A stretch of DNA of 64,000 bases from Dicyema japonicum (lineage: Eukaryota > Animalia > Dicyemida). The notes under the pieces were generated by a model. That model was not told the origin of the DNA. It made no database searches and saw nothing but the letters and a program-made list of their open reading frames with translations. The position numbers were made by a program, and so were the translations under genes. The first letter of the stretch is position 1; every line of letters begins with the position of its first letter. Shown here piece after piece: positions 25,206-36,940 of this stretch. Location: positions 1 to 64,000 of the forward strand of contig RDEW01000100.1 of the NCBI GenBank assembly GCA_011109175.1. Reading direction: 5' to 3'.

Positions 25206-26360
25206 TTGTGGAGTGCACGAAATAAGTTTGGTAACACAGTTCTTACCTTTTTAACTTGTAAATGTACGTGGTTTCCAAAGATATATAATCCAAAGTCTCC
25301 GACAGATCATTGTCCTGTTACTTGGATGTCCACCAAGTTGATGACCAGATTAGCGTCGAATGAGGACAGAAGCTTTGTTGAGATTGACGGCATTCTATCC
25401 TAGATTCAACTTAGAACTACCAGGATGCTAAGGAACAAGATTTGATTTACAAGTGTTTTTGTATTCTCATGAGGAATCACTTATATGTATGTGCGTTAGA
25501 TTCTGTCGATCATAGCTACCTTATCGAGTGTCTTCGTGGCCTTTGTTTGCTTATAAGGTTCACTCGATTTATCAGTCAGTCAGTTTTCATATCATTATAA
25601 CAAAGATAATATTGCTGAGGTTACAAGAAGATAGCATGCCGCCGCTGCTCTTTGTTCTCTCATCGAATCGCTGATCAGACTCATCAATGCCCAATTCGAT
25701 CAGTACTCGTCATTTATGAGGAGGTTTGTTTATTACAAGTAACCTTATATTAATGATGACATAAAACAGTTCTGTCTATCAGCTGAAAATAGTGAATCTG
25801 TAAGCGGTATCTAGGAAGAAATCGTTTTGGAAATTAATTTTCCCAAATCGTAACCAATTCTCGTATGAAGATTTGGTGAGGCGACTAGAAGACAAAACGG
25901 ATATAAATACTTTGATATTACTGAGAGTCTCACTCCTTTTTAAGCTTATTCTCTTAAAACCGAATAATTGACGCAATATGGACCACTCCTTTGTAAGAAT
26001 CAACAAAATGCGGAATTTTTTCCATATAGACTTCTTGCCCTGTAAGTAAAATGACATTGACTGTATGACCAGACATGTACTGAGTGGCTACGCATCATGT
26101 TCGATCTGTGAATTAAGAGAGGCTCTATTCACTACATGTGAAATTCGGTCGGGATTTGTGTTCATATACTCTCCTCCTTAAGATCCATAGTGGTTGGGTC
26201 TAGTGTGTCTGACAGGAAATGTGCAATAATAAATATAAAAAAGCCTGGAGCATTCACCTTGGCACTATACGGGCATATTTGTCTGCAAATATGGTGTGAA
26301 AGAAAAGAAAAAAAGAAGCAAAAAACATTGATTAAAAAAATTAACTTAAAAGCACGTATT
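25206..26360 (+). mobile_element. Decayed R4/Dong-like LINE RT region
   Basis: NPKSPTDHCPVTW, DSVDHSYLIECL, DSMPPLLFVL, GYKYFDITE and VVGSSVSDRKCAII each align in order to the 30268-33675 element. Confidence 0.85.
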
Positions 26361-26839
26361 TTTGAACCCAAAACGAATTCACTTTGAAACTAATACGATT
26401 AATTTTTAAGAAGGAACGATGAGATATGATTACTTCAGCCGCGTGGCGCCATTCGTTGAAACTGAGGCTAATTGATTAAAGATTTCTCTTCCTTCCTTTA
26501 GTGGCGCTATTGGATCCATCTTACAAAGGAGACGCCTATTGCATGACCGATTTTCAAGAGGATCAATCTATTCATTCCACTGAGAGACAATTACGGTTCC
26601 TGGTAACAAGTCCTGGAGCTTCCTGAAAACATCCTCTGGATCACAATGCTTGGGTGAAGATTCTGCCAGAATGTATCAGGATCAAGGAATTATTTAGTTT
26701 GGTTATAACTCTTGGTCATTGGAATAATTTTATTAATTTAAGGATGAAAATTAGGAGAAAATGAGGTGGTTGCTAAATAAGGCTACTATGTTTTCTCTTT
26801 CTTAATTTAATAGTGATTCTTGATCTTTAAATAAAATAA

Positions 26840-27310
26840 ACCTTCAAAGTCTACCCGCAACTTGGGAGCGGATCGACAAAGGAGGTGTCGTCATTAACTG
26901 AGAAGGCTTTCGACTTTTGTGGAGAAAATAGAGATCAGACAGTCTGCATCCTGTCTACTATCTGCGGAAAATTACTATCTAAAGACAGAAATTTAAAACG
27001 TTTGAATTACATTATTATGCATTTCTAAGTACCAGAGTGAATGACACGATATTCAGACGTGTCGGTCGAGGTTGCCGTTCCAGACAAGAGGTTTACCGGC
27101 TTCAAAAGGGAAGATTGTCACCCCATCTGGTCGTTTCTCGTCTCGTCTACGAAGACCACTGGTTCGAGCATTAACGGATGTCCGATGGCGTCCAAAGCTC
27201 TCCTAACGACTAATCCTAAACAGTCGATCTGGTCTGCGCATCAGCACGTATGTGGAACACATACTTTTAATCCCAGTCGTAATGATATCCCAATACGGAC
27301 GCATTCATGG
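26840..27310 (-). mobile_element. CRE-clade C-terminal restriction-like endonuclease relic
   Basis: RIGISLRLGLKVCVPHTC...RALDAIGHPLMLEP...DEKRPDGVTIFPFEAGKPLVWN. Confidence 0.8.
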
Positions 27311-27313
27311 TTC

Positions 27314-29150
27314 TGGTAAATTCATCGCCTATAAATTCATCCCCGGTAAATTCATCGTGGTAAATTCAAATCAAATATAAGAGAACGAAACAAGAGGTAT
27401 GCTTTGCCATTATAGATATCGAAAGTCAAAGTAGGTTGATTGTTTATCCATGTAGCCTTTGTAACAGATAATTTATCCATATAGCTTTTGAAAAAAATTA
27501 TTGTTCTCAAGGTCTTCACAAGAAGCGTCCTCACATAGTCGTCGTATCGTCGAAAAGCATTCCAAATCTCGTGAAGGAGAACTGTTTGCTTAGGACATGA
27601 AGTTATTTCATACGATCAAGTTTTATCTTTACCATGTTTCCAAAGATTGAATCTTTAGACTTTTCAAGCATTTAATTTCGTAAATTTATCGATTGCACGG
27701 GAAGGCTTCATTATAAAATGAATTGGTTTTCTTTTAATAAACATCATCATACCATCACACATTACACCATTAAAATGTATAATGCGTTAACGGGGAATTT
27801 AACGTTTTTTGATAAAATTATAGATGTTTAGTCCACAAAGTATAAAAAAAATCTATTCGACGTTTTTGAAGCTTGGGAGTAACATAGGCTTTCCTTCAAT
27901 GGACTCTCTTCCTTTGAACGTTATGAAAATAAGGTTATGGTTACTGGTAGTATCTTAGAACACTGTTAACTGGTTAGAGCGGCAATTTTTTACGAAGCGA
28001 GCGTAAGATCGAGCAAGGACGTACTTTGTACAAACTTTTTGTATTGAATATAGCGTTGTTTAATATCACTAGATTATCGGTTCGATGGTAAGTGGATTCT
28101 CCAGGCGTCTTTCAGCTGTTTTTTGAACCACATTAGTACTCAATATGAACAAATTATTGATAAAGTCAACATCAAACAGTAAGAAACTGAATCAATTGGG
28201 GCAAGAACTGGGAGGGGGTCAATACATTGAAATATTAAATTTTTGGTGAAATTTAAATTATGATGTATTCAACGGGATGGTGAAAGTGGATATGTACTTT
28301 TTCTTTGAAGGAAATATCTTTCCTGATAAGTGTGATGACTACACCACAGCGACCAGAAGGGCGGGCAACTCGAACAATGTTGTACCTCGGGAAGACTGAA
28401 GTCGGAATGTAGCAATACAGTCTTGTTTTTTTAAGTATAAAAAACGTCTGCGTCCTATTATTCCGAAGGTTTCTGAGCTCAAGAACCTTATACAGTTCAT
28501 GTTTAATTGTAAAAGAACATGGGTTTTTGATGGCCCACGGTTTGGTTTTATATTTTGCAGAGCATCAGTTGGACTTCAACAAAGTTGTGTGAAGCAGACT
28601 AGTAAGGCAGCCGTCGATGAAGGACAATCTACTTTGATTAGAATAAATAAATAGTCATTTTCGTTTATGAAGTAGATTCCACAAATTGCGCCACCAGAAA
28701 CGGATACCAGATGATGCGATTTTTTTTACAGCCTATTTCACGGAGCCGTGGTAATAGCTCCGCATAAGCAGGACACACATTTTATTTAAGTAAAGAACAG
28801 TTAATTTTAACTAATAGTAGAACCAAGGAATGATCTTCACTTCTTTTTTTCTTTTTCTTGTGTGTGGGTCCTTTTCTAGACAATCAAGTTCCGCAGTGAG
28901 AGTCCACTGATGACGGCGTCACTCGTCAAGCCTTTTTAGCATCGTAGATGCGTGGAACCTTCCACCAGGTGAACAGCAGCGAGATTTGAACCCGTAACCA
29001 CTATGCCACCCGGCTTAACCAGATGATGCGATTCTAATCTCAATTTTGCAATTACGAGATAATAATGGTTATTATTACATTGTGACCTAATTTTTCTTTA
29101 ACAAAATCAATAATTAGCATTATTTAGTTAAAATTTAAATATTTAATTAA
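27314..29150 (-). mobile_element. Possible Mutator/MULE transposase relic with subterminal tandem motifs
   Basis: Four GGTAAATTCATC-type repeats at 27314-27367. Only weak echoes of MULE motifs. Interrupted by the SINE at 28722-29017. Confidence 0.35.
28722..29017 (-). mobile_element. tRNA-derived SINE, copy 2, with 16-bp TSD and extra 3' segment
   Basis: A-box TGGCATAGTGG and B-box GGTTCAAATCTC on the minus strand, plus the family body. Direct repeat ACCAGATGATGCGATT at 28706-28721 and 29018-29033. Confidence 0.85.
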
Positions 29151-29886
29151 AAAATTACTCGACTAAATATATTTTTTATCAACGAATATACTTTGTTCAT
29201 ATTACTTTTATGCTCAAACATTTAATATTTTAAATTTTCCTCAAAATAAAGAAGAATCAATCAAATTTTTACAAGAAAATTTTTCCGCATAATAGAATTT
29301 GTAAAGAAGGTCACTTATGGTCCTTAGAGCAGAAAAGTGGTTTTTCTATAAGATAACTTTAAGGCAAGTAAAGTATACGATCTGGTATATCGACATATTG
29401 TATTTTTTAGTTAATTTAACAACCCAAGATTAGGTAAAACCAAACTAATTATTACATGATCCCAATCCATTTCAACAGTGACCTTATCTTAGCCCAGTGT
29501 TTTCCCTCGTTCCCGCGCATGATATCAGAGGACGACTGACTCGTATAATCTAAGTTTCTCCTCTGTTATTTTGATTTCATTTTCGAAGCACGTAACAATT
29601 CGTCCACACTCACCCTTTTTAGAATTAGCAATCCATATTGACTCAGCTTATGCCTGGTTTCCTCATCAAATCTTATATTCACCTTCTGTTAAGGAGTTGA
29701 AAAAGTCTGATGGAAATGCTACCTCAGTTTCGTCTCTATTCCATCTTTCTACATTGCTCTTCACAGTTGATAGTGATAAATATTCGTATGTTTGTTCGCC
29801 AGATGATTTCATTCCCTTGGACTTCGTCAGACATCAAAATCGCCCTGATTTGGACGTAAGGAACTTTTTGTCAAAGGTGCGTGTAA

Positions 29887-30090
29887 TCATGGGGTATCCT
29901 CCACTTTTAATTCTCTTGTTACTTCTTTGAGCAGCCTCGACCACATCAGAGGGCCAAATGACAATCTCACTATACTTGATTGTATCAATAATTGCCTGTG
30001 AAGAAAGAATATTGACATGGCAATCTGGCTAAGACACCAGATTGGGAATTTGTACATCAGATTCTTGTGTTCCGAAAAACACAAAGACAA
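29887..30090 (-). other. Exonic fragment of an unidentified gene with a 21-nt GT-AG intron (29996-30016), paralogous to 3690-3890
   Basis: GTCAATATTCTTTCTTCACAG is followed by AIIDTIKYSEIVIWPSDVVEAAQR; nucleotide similarity to 3690-3830. Confidence 0.45.
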
Positions 30091-30229
30091 CAAAATTTGC
30101 GTTAATAATGATTTATTTGTCGACTACATAGTAGATTGGTCTATTGGGAATGTTTCATTTTGCTCAGAGACAACAAACATTCACGTCACTAAACAAATTC
30201 AAATATTTAATTAATATAAAGCCCCACTT

Positions 30230-33200
30230 TATTTAATAAACAATAAAAAAGTTAATATATTTATTAATCAACAACCTTCCTCGCCTGCCTGTTCGCCAGC
30301 CTCCTCAGGCAGGTTCGATTCTGGTTGCTGAAACAACTCCGAGAGCGCTTTGTCTAATTGAACCCTCTGCCCATATGGCATCTCAGGGCTCTGCCTCCTA
30401 TACTCCAGTGTCAGGCTCTCTAGGGTCCGCTTTAACACAGTGGACTGTAGATAGGCCTGGAGCTTCCTATCTACCCCCAACTGCTTCAGATAACCCTTGT
30501 GGTACTTTGTTGCAATTCCTTCCCACGTCATTACTATAGGAATAACGAGGACCTTGCAACCAAGCATCTGCCCCATCTCGTTTGCAAGAAAGTCATACTT
30601 CCTTTTTTTCTCCACCTCCACAGTCTGCAAACGGTCTTGAGACGTGATGCCAACCTCTATGATAAGGACTTGGCCAGACTCCTTATCGTGTACCACAATG
30701 TCCGGTTTATTGTGCTTGACTAGCACCGAGGTACGGATAACACTGTCTACCTTAATTTGGACCCTGGTGTTCTCTACTACAGATTGCACCTTATGAGTCC
30801 GCAACTTTCTGGTGTGGCGAATACCATACTTATTGCATAGTAGAAGATGAAGACTCCTTACTACCTCGTTGTGCCTCCACACATAGTCGTGGCAGAGCAT
30901 GGATCCACATCGAGTGGCTAAATGATCAACCGACATGCTCCTTGACTTACAGTGGGGACATGTATTTGTTGATCGACCCCAAAAAATATTGCGGTCTTGC
31001 ATATACGTGTACAACGCCTCCGATCGAGGTGAGTTGTCACCGTATTTTAGCCATATTGTCGACGACTTAAGGTCGACATGTGGGTTGTCCAATGCTCTGA
31101 AGAGGACCTTATGAAGGCTTTTTAAGTTGATCTTTTCCATCAAATTATTATATTGTAATTCGATCAACGCCTTCACATTTACTAGCCCACCATCATCAAC
31201 ACCATACTTAGCAGACAAAAAAGGTCTGATAGTGCCTAGGTGGGTTGCCCGTGTTTTCTCGGTCGTTATTATGGCGTGCTTCCTAGCAGACACACTTGAC
31301 CCAGCTATCAGGGTGTCGTGCATTCGCATTAGGATGCGCTCACTTAGTTGGACTACTCCACACAGTCCACGGCCGAATTTATCACGGGGTAAATATAGTC
31401 TCTCCTTATTGGCTGCCAACACATGGACATGGTTCTCTCTGAGTACTCCACGGATCATAACATCCATCTCATCATACTCTTTGGGCTCAAACTCCACAAC
31501 ACCTATGTAGTAGTTTAGCAGCGAGACAGCATACTCATTTAATGCTAGGAACAAATTCCTTGCATTTAGAGACGTCTTACACAATAACGCTGCTCTTTTA
31601 CGGATGCCTTCAGTAATTTGTCGCTTTGTCTCAGGCATTATAAGGGACTTTGGAGATTCGGTAACACCCAGATACTTATATCCTTCGTGTTCCTCTAGGA
31701 CTCTTACTAACTCGCTACATACTTGCGTGTTAGTCGCAGACTTTGAATAATTCAAATCTAGCCCTATACTCTCAAAGAATTCCCTGGCACAGACCCCCAT
31801 GGAGTAGAGCTCCTCGGCTGTTCGAGCATACATCTTCAAGTCATCGATAAAAAGAAGGTGATTTGTACTGAAACAGACCCCTTCACAATGAACTGGTATT
31901 TGCTCAAACCGGTCATTGAGGCGGCGACTCAATGGCTCCAAACAGAGAACAAAGAGTAGCGGAGACATGCTATCCCCCTGAAGGATCCCCCTCTTGAGTT
32001 TTACCTCGCCTATCCGGTGCCTATTATAGTTCAGATGAATACTCCACCTATTCATCACAGCCACTACAAAGCTGATGAACCACACAGGCATACACAGACT
32101 GTGTAGGCACTCGACAAGGTAAGAATGATCAACTGAATCGTAAGCCTTCTTCACATCCACCCACATAGACAAAAGTGAGTTTCCGTGAGACACAGAAAGG
32201 CATTTGTTGATCAAAGGCCTGCTCTTTTGCCCCCTGACAATTTCGCACAGTTCCCAACTGATTCTCGGAGAGAATCCCATTTGCGTCTACAAAGCTCCTG
32301 ACCTCATTAGCCACAATTTGGTCATCAGCTTATACAGGGTTGGCATGCAGGTTATCGGTCGATAATCTGCAGCAGACTGGGGGTTGTCCAGCTTTGGGAT
32401 CAAATAAGTTGTCCCTGTGCATGCCCAATCAGGAATCGTTTCCGGGTTAGTGATGCTTTTCTGTAATACACGACACATAGACTCGTGTAATGAAGTGCAT
32501 CTTTTGATAAAGAAATTATAAACTTTATCGACCCCGGTCGTCTTCCAATCAGGGAGATGTCTCACTACCGCCTCAAATTTCTTGCGAAAATCGAAAATTC
32601 CGCAAGATTCCGCCAAGAAAGGAGCGGCGCTGTACGGGACATTCCACGCATTTCCTCTGCGTGGTTTAGCCTCCCACATACTACCCCATGTGGAAAGCAT
32701 TTCCGCGTCCTGCTGGGAACATACACTATGGCCATTTTCGTGTAGGCGACGGTAAAACAATCTGCGATTAAACTCAAACAGATTATTTTCTCTCCTTCTC
32801 TTACACCGACTTTCATGTGTATAGAGTTTCCTCTTATACACCATTATTGCCCCCTCTAACTCCACCTTTGCCCTCCTCAACTCTTTGAGGTCCCATTTGG
32901 GAACACGGAGTTTACTAATTAGCCCCTTTACTATAGCCGGTGCTTTTCCTCTAACCCCTCTCGCCACACTACTTATGTGCCCCTCCAGTGCTTCCAGCTC
33001 AGTCTGTCTCCAAGCAATCTTGGCACAGATCTGCTCCCTCCATTTACTGGGTGGTCTGGGCTTGTCCGTCAATTCCTCATAGGTGATCTGTGCTGCATAC
33101 AGCACTAGGGAGATGTCACCCAATGACCCTACTGGCTTAGCCTCCACCGCATAAGCCACAGCCTTATTGATGCAGGTTAACACTCCACCGTTAACCTTAC

Positions 33201-33679
33201 AATGAGGAATCTTGCGGGTAAATCTACGGTCCTCAAGTGGGACATCTGCCGCTGCAGCGAGATTCCGCGCAAAGACCTCATAAACATGCTTGAGCTGCAA
33301 CGTATCACAGCTCTGGTGCTCGTGCTCTCTTTGACAGTTGTGGTCACCTGGTCCCCGCCCCTTTAGACCAGTACCCTCTTTGCCTACAGCCATCTTCTTG
33401 AGTTCACTCACAGATATAGCAGTACTGAATCTGCCACTGCAGAGCTCCGCCAAGTATGGCCATCCATTCCAGGGCATTCGAGATAGCCTGCTACGTACCT
33501 GCAGGACTACCTGCCTCGCCCATTCTTTTGGGTCATCTGCCACAACGCTCTCGGATATGGCAAGAATTACATTCATACCATCAGGTAACGCAAGTGACCC
33601 TTCTCCTTTTTTCCTTTCAACATTTTTGCCAACTCGAGAGAGTTTTAACGCCACCGAATCGAACGCACGTTGCATGTTT
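30230..33679 (-). mobile_element. Near-intact R4/Dong-clade non-LTR retrotransposon (RT, CCHC finger, restriction-like endonuclease); 5' end lost in the gap
   Basis: ORFs 32287-33675 and 30268-32280 are in the same frame, separated by compensating -1/+1 lesions (~32313 and ~32214). Motifs YRPITCMPTLYK, VDVKKAYDSV, GILQGDSMSPLLF, LFIDDLK, CPHC...HL...C, RHNEVV, KPDIVV and EKKRKY. Confidence 0.95.
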
Positions 33680-33814
33680 NNNNNNNNNNNNNNNNNNNNN
33701 NNNNNNNNNNNNNNNNNNNNNNNNNNNNNNNNNNNNNNNNNNNNNNNNNNNNNNNNNNNNNNNNNNNNNNNNNNNNNNNNNNNNNNNNNNNNNNNNNNNN
33801 NNNNNNNNNNNNNN
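33680..33814. other. Assembly gap (135 N)
   Basis: Run of N between two different LINEs; their adjacency is not established. Confidence 1.
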
Positions 33815-35310
33815 TTATTTAAAGCACTCCCGAGAAGTCATAAAATTAATCAAGCCTCCCTTGTGCCGTATTTCTAGCCATCCTCTCTATCAGCCTTTTC
33901 CAGGACCCTCTACTTCGTGCCAGTTCCCTTAAGGTATCTAGGTCGTCTGCGGAAGTGAGCTTCAGTCCCACAGCCGACAGGTCTCCATTCAAAATAGTTG
34001 GGAGTGTGACTCTTGGTCTTCCACGGAAACCGGCTCCCGTATGCATTAGGTAGTTTTCCATGGCGATATTCGCGGGTACTTGAGCATTTAGACGTAAGAT
34101 ATGTCCAAAGAGACTCCATCTTGATCTGAAGATCTCCTCGGATAGTATACCAGATTTGCACTTCGAGTAGAGGTCATTGTTTGAGATCTTCTTAGGCCAC
34201 TTGATCTTGATTACTGATTTCAATTGTGTCCTGTGGAAAGCGTCAAGACGGTCCATCTCTTGTTTAGAGATTCCCCAAGTGCCTGAATTGTAGGTCAGGA
34301 CGGGGATGACAAAAGCCTTATATATTCTGAGTTTGGTGTTTAATCCCATCCTCTTCTTATGACCCCACATATTCGATACTTTCTTTAGTGCACACATTGC
34401 GAGGATTTTCCTCCGAGAAACATCTTCTGAGTCCCCGAGAAGCGAACCCACCTTCTTTTGCTTTCTCCAAGACTCGTCCGATCTTCGATCATTGCGTGTA
34501 AGTGTTGTGAACTCTGTTTTATCGGTGTTAACGGTTAAGAACCATTTCGAGAATACGTGTGGAAGAACGTTAAGCATGTGTTGAAGTACTTGAATATCCT
34601 CAGAAACAAAGTCCAGGTCGTCCGCGTAGATTATCTCGTTATAATTGTTGCCAACCAGGGGTCTGAACTCTCTTAGTGCGGCCTCAAGGTAGACAATAAA
34701 GAGGACCGGGGATAGTGAGTCCCCCTGTGGAACTCCACGTGAGGTCGAAAAAAAGTTAGAGGTAGAGTCACCAATTTTGACGGCAAGTTGAGTGTTCCGC
34801 ATGAGTAAGTGTATTATTTTGACATCGTCAGGCAGTAGAAAACTCTCCAACACTTCCATAAGTTTTCCACGGTCCACCGAGTCGAACGCACGGGACATGT
34901 CGATACCAAGTATCTCAATAGATTTTTTGTATTTTTGGCACAGGGCACAATACCACCTGTGCCCCCATACCACGTCAGCCGTGGACCTGCCCGTCCGGAA
35001 TCCACTTTGGCCGTCCGAAAGAAATATGTTCACCCTCTCCTTTATTCGGTTTAAAGCAATGAGGGATAATGTTTTTCGTATGGAGGTTAGGAGTATAATA
35101 GGTCTGAAGTTGTGAGGGGGCCTTTACTTTTTCCCGGTTTTTGTAGTGGAATTAGCCACCCTTTTCCCAGTTCCAGTTCATCTGCACCCTCGAGAGACCG
35201 GTTGAAAATGTTAGTAATCATTTCAATTAGCTCCTCCGGGCCGTATTGTAAAAGTTCTGCAGTAATGAAGTCTGGTCCGGCAGATCTTCCGGTATTTAAT
35301 TTTTAATAGC
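33815..35310 (-). mobile_element. RTE-clade LINE, 5'-truncated, intact 395-aa RT ORF (33846-35033)
   Basis: QSGFRTGRST, IDMSRAFDSV, GVPQGDSLSP, YADDLD, RWSLFGHILR and GRPRVTLP. The 3' end AGTGCTTTAAATAA resembles the tail of the 54 kb copy. Confidence 0.93.
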
Positions 35311-35344
35311 TTGTGAGTTCGGATTGGTAATAGGGCTANTAGTT

Positions 35345-36150
35345 AAATCATCTTCCAAAGTCGGATGGTCCTCTTCGTTGTCTGCGTTGAAGCTCCACTA
35401 AGAGAGTTTAGGCCCCTGGCTGGAAACAAGTATGACGAGATAATTTATGCGGGCGATCTGGAGTTTGTTTCTGAGGATACTCAAACACTTCAGTACAACT
35501 TCAACGTACTCCCACATATTTTCGAAATGGTTCTTATCTGTAAATCCCGACAAAACGGAGTTTACAACGCTTATACATACTGACCGGAGATCGGACGAGT
35601 CATGGAGAAGGCAAAAGAAGGTGGGCTCAATTCTAGGAAATTCTAAAGATGTCTGTCATTCGTTGGAAGATCCTTGCTATGAGTGCACTGAAAAAAATAT
35701 CGTAGGATAGGATTAGACACCAGGCTTAGAATATGCAAAGTTTTTGTCATCTCAGTACTAACCCAAAACTATGGGACTTGGGGAATCTCGGAAATGGACA
35801 GCCTTGACTCTTTCCACAGAGCTCAGCTCAAATCGGTAATCAAGATCAACTGCCTATGAAGATCTCTAATGCAAACCTTTATACTAAATGCAAATCCGAT
35901 TTGCTGTCAGATGACATTTCCAAGATGGAGCCTCTTTGGCCACGTGTTACGTCTAAATGACCAGGTCCTCCACAAATGTCGCAATGGACAACTACTTCCC
36001 ACCACAGGAGCCGGATTCCGTGGAAAACCAAGAACGACACTTCCGACTATCTTGAATGAAGACCTATCGGCTGTTGGTATAAGACTAACTTCGGCGGACT
36101 ACCTAAGAGAACAGCGCGCAACAGAAGATCATGGTCGAGGCTGACGGAGA
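35345..36150 (+). mobile_element. Degenerate RTE RT 3' half, inverted relative to 33846-34720
   Basis: EAPLREFRPL...YAGDLEF, WFLSVNPDKTEF and RWSLFGHVLRLN. Clearly diverged (roughly 80% by eye) from its neighbour, with frameshifts. Confidence 0.88.
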
Positions 36151-36179
36151 GGATGATTCGGAATATGTCACAAGACAAA

Positions 36180-36850
36180 GAATGTAGTCAATCTGGTTGT
36201 ATATTCGGATTGTGTTGCCTGATTTGTCTATTCTGGTGCCAACCCAAGTGGTCTTGTGTCTTGAAACAAGTATTGCATAAGAGTAGGTTGAACGCCGTGA
36301 AAAATTGTATCAATGACTCTCAAGGAAGGTTGCGACGATTTCTTCCATGTGCTTCAATGCACGGTTCCCCTGGTTTGGCTTTTGCGTTTCAGTCCCCGGC
36401 GACAAGAAGAGTGTAAGAGGTCGAAAGCGAGTTGCATACACTCGTGAGAGTAGAGTAAAATGCGTCCAGCTCTTCGATATTTGTTGAGACTCGCTCTCCG
36501 GTTGGGCATACACATTTATAGTTGATTTTATTTCCGCAATTGATTTGCAGCACTCTGACACGGTCAGATGCTGCCCACACTCTTGTAACACAGTGAATCA
36601 GGTCCCGATGAACTGGAAATCGGAGACCATAATATTGGCAGGTCGATGAGATGGTAAAAAGGTGGAATTTGCCAACAGTTCTGTACATTGTAGGGTCGTT
36701 TTTGTCTCTTGTAGACAGCAGACAGAGATGTTGTATTTTGTTAGACCACATGCCAGTTGTTGTTTCTTGTAAAGTTGTTTAAGTCCTCTGCAATTGAAAG
36801 TTCCCAGAGTGGACAGAGAAGTGCAATGGAGATGTCGTCACCACCTCAAC
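36180..36850 (-). mobile_element. RTE-type apurinic endonuclease (APE) relic
   Basis: KYNISVCCLQET, INVYA, ELDAFYSTL...VAGD and LCNTCFK. Confidence 0.8.
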
Positions 36851-36940
36851 CAAAATATCCAATCATATTTGTAAATCTCAATATCAGGAAAATAGTTTTT
36901 CTATTTTTCCTCCTAAATATTCAGATGATCGTATAATAAC

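Noticed and set aside
33846-36150. Large inverted RTE pair as a twin-priming inversion or functional hairpin
   Set aside because: The arms are too diverged for one event, and an N lies at the junction; more likely independent insertions.
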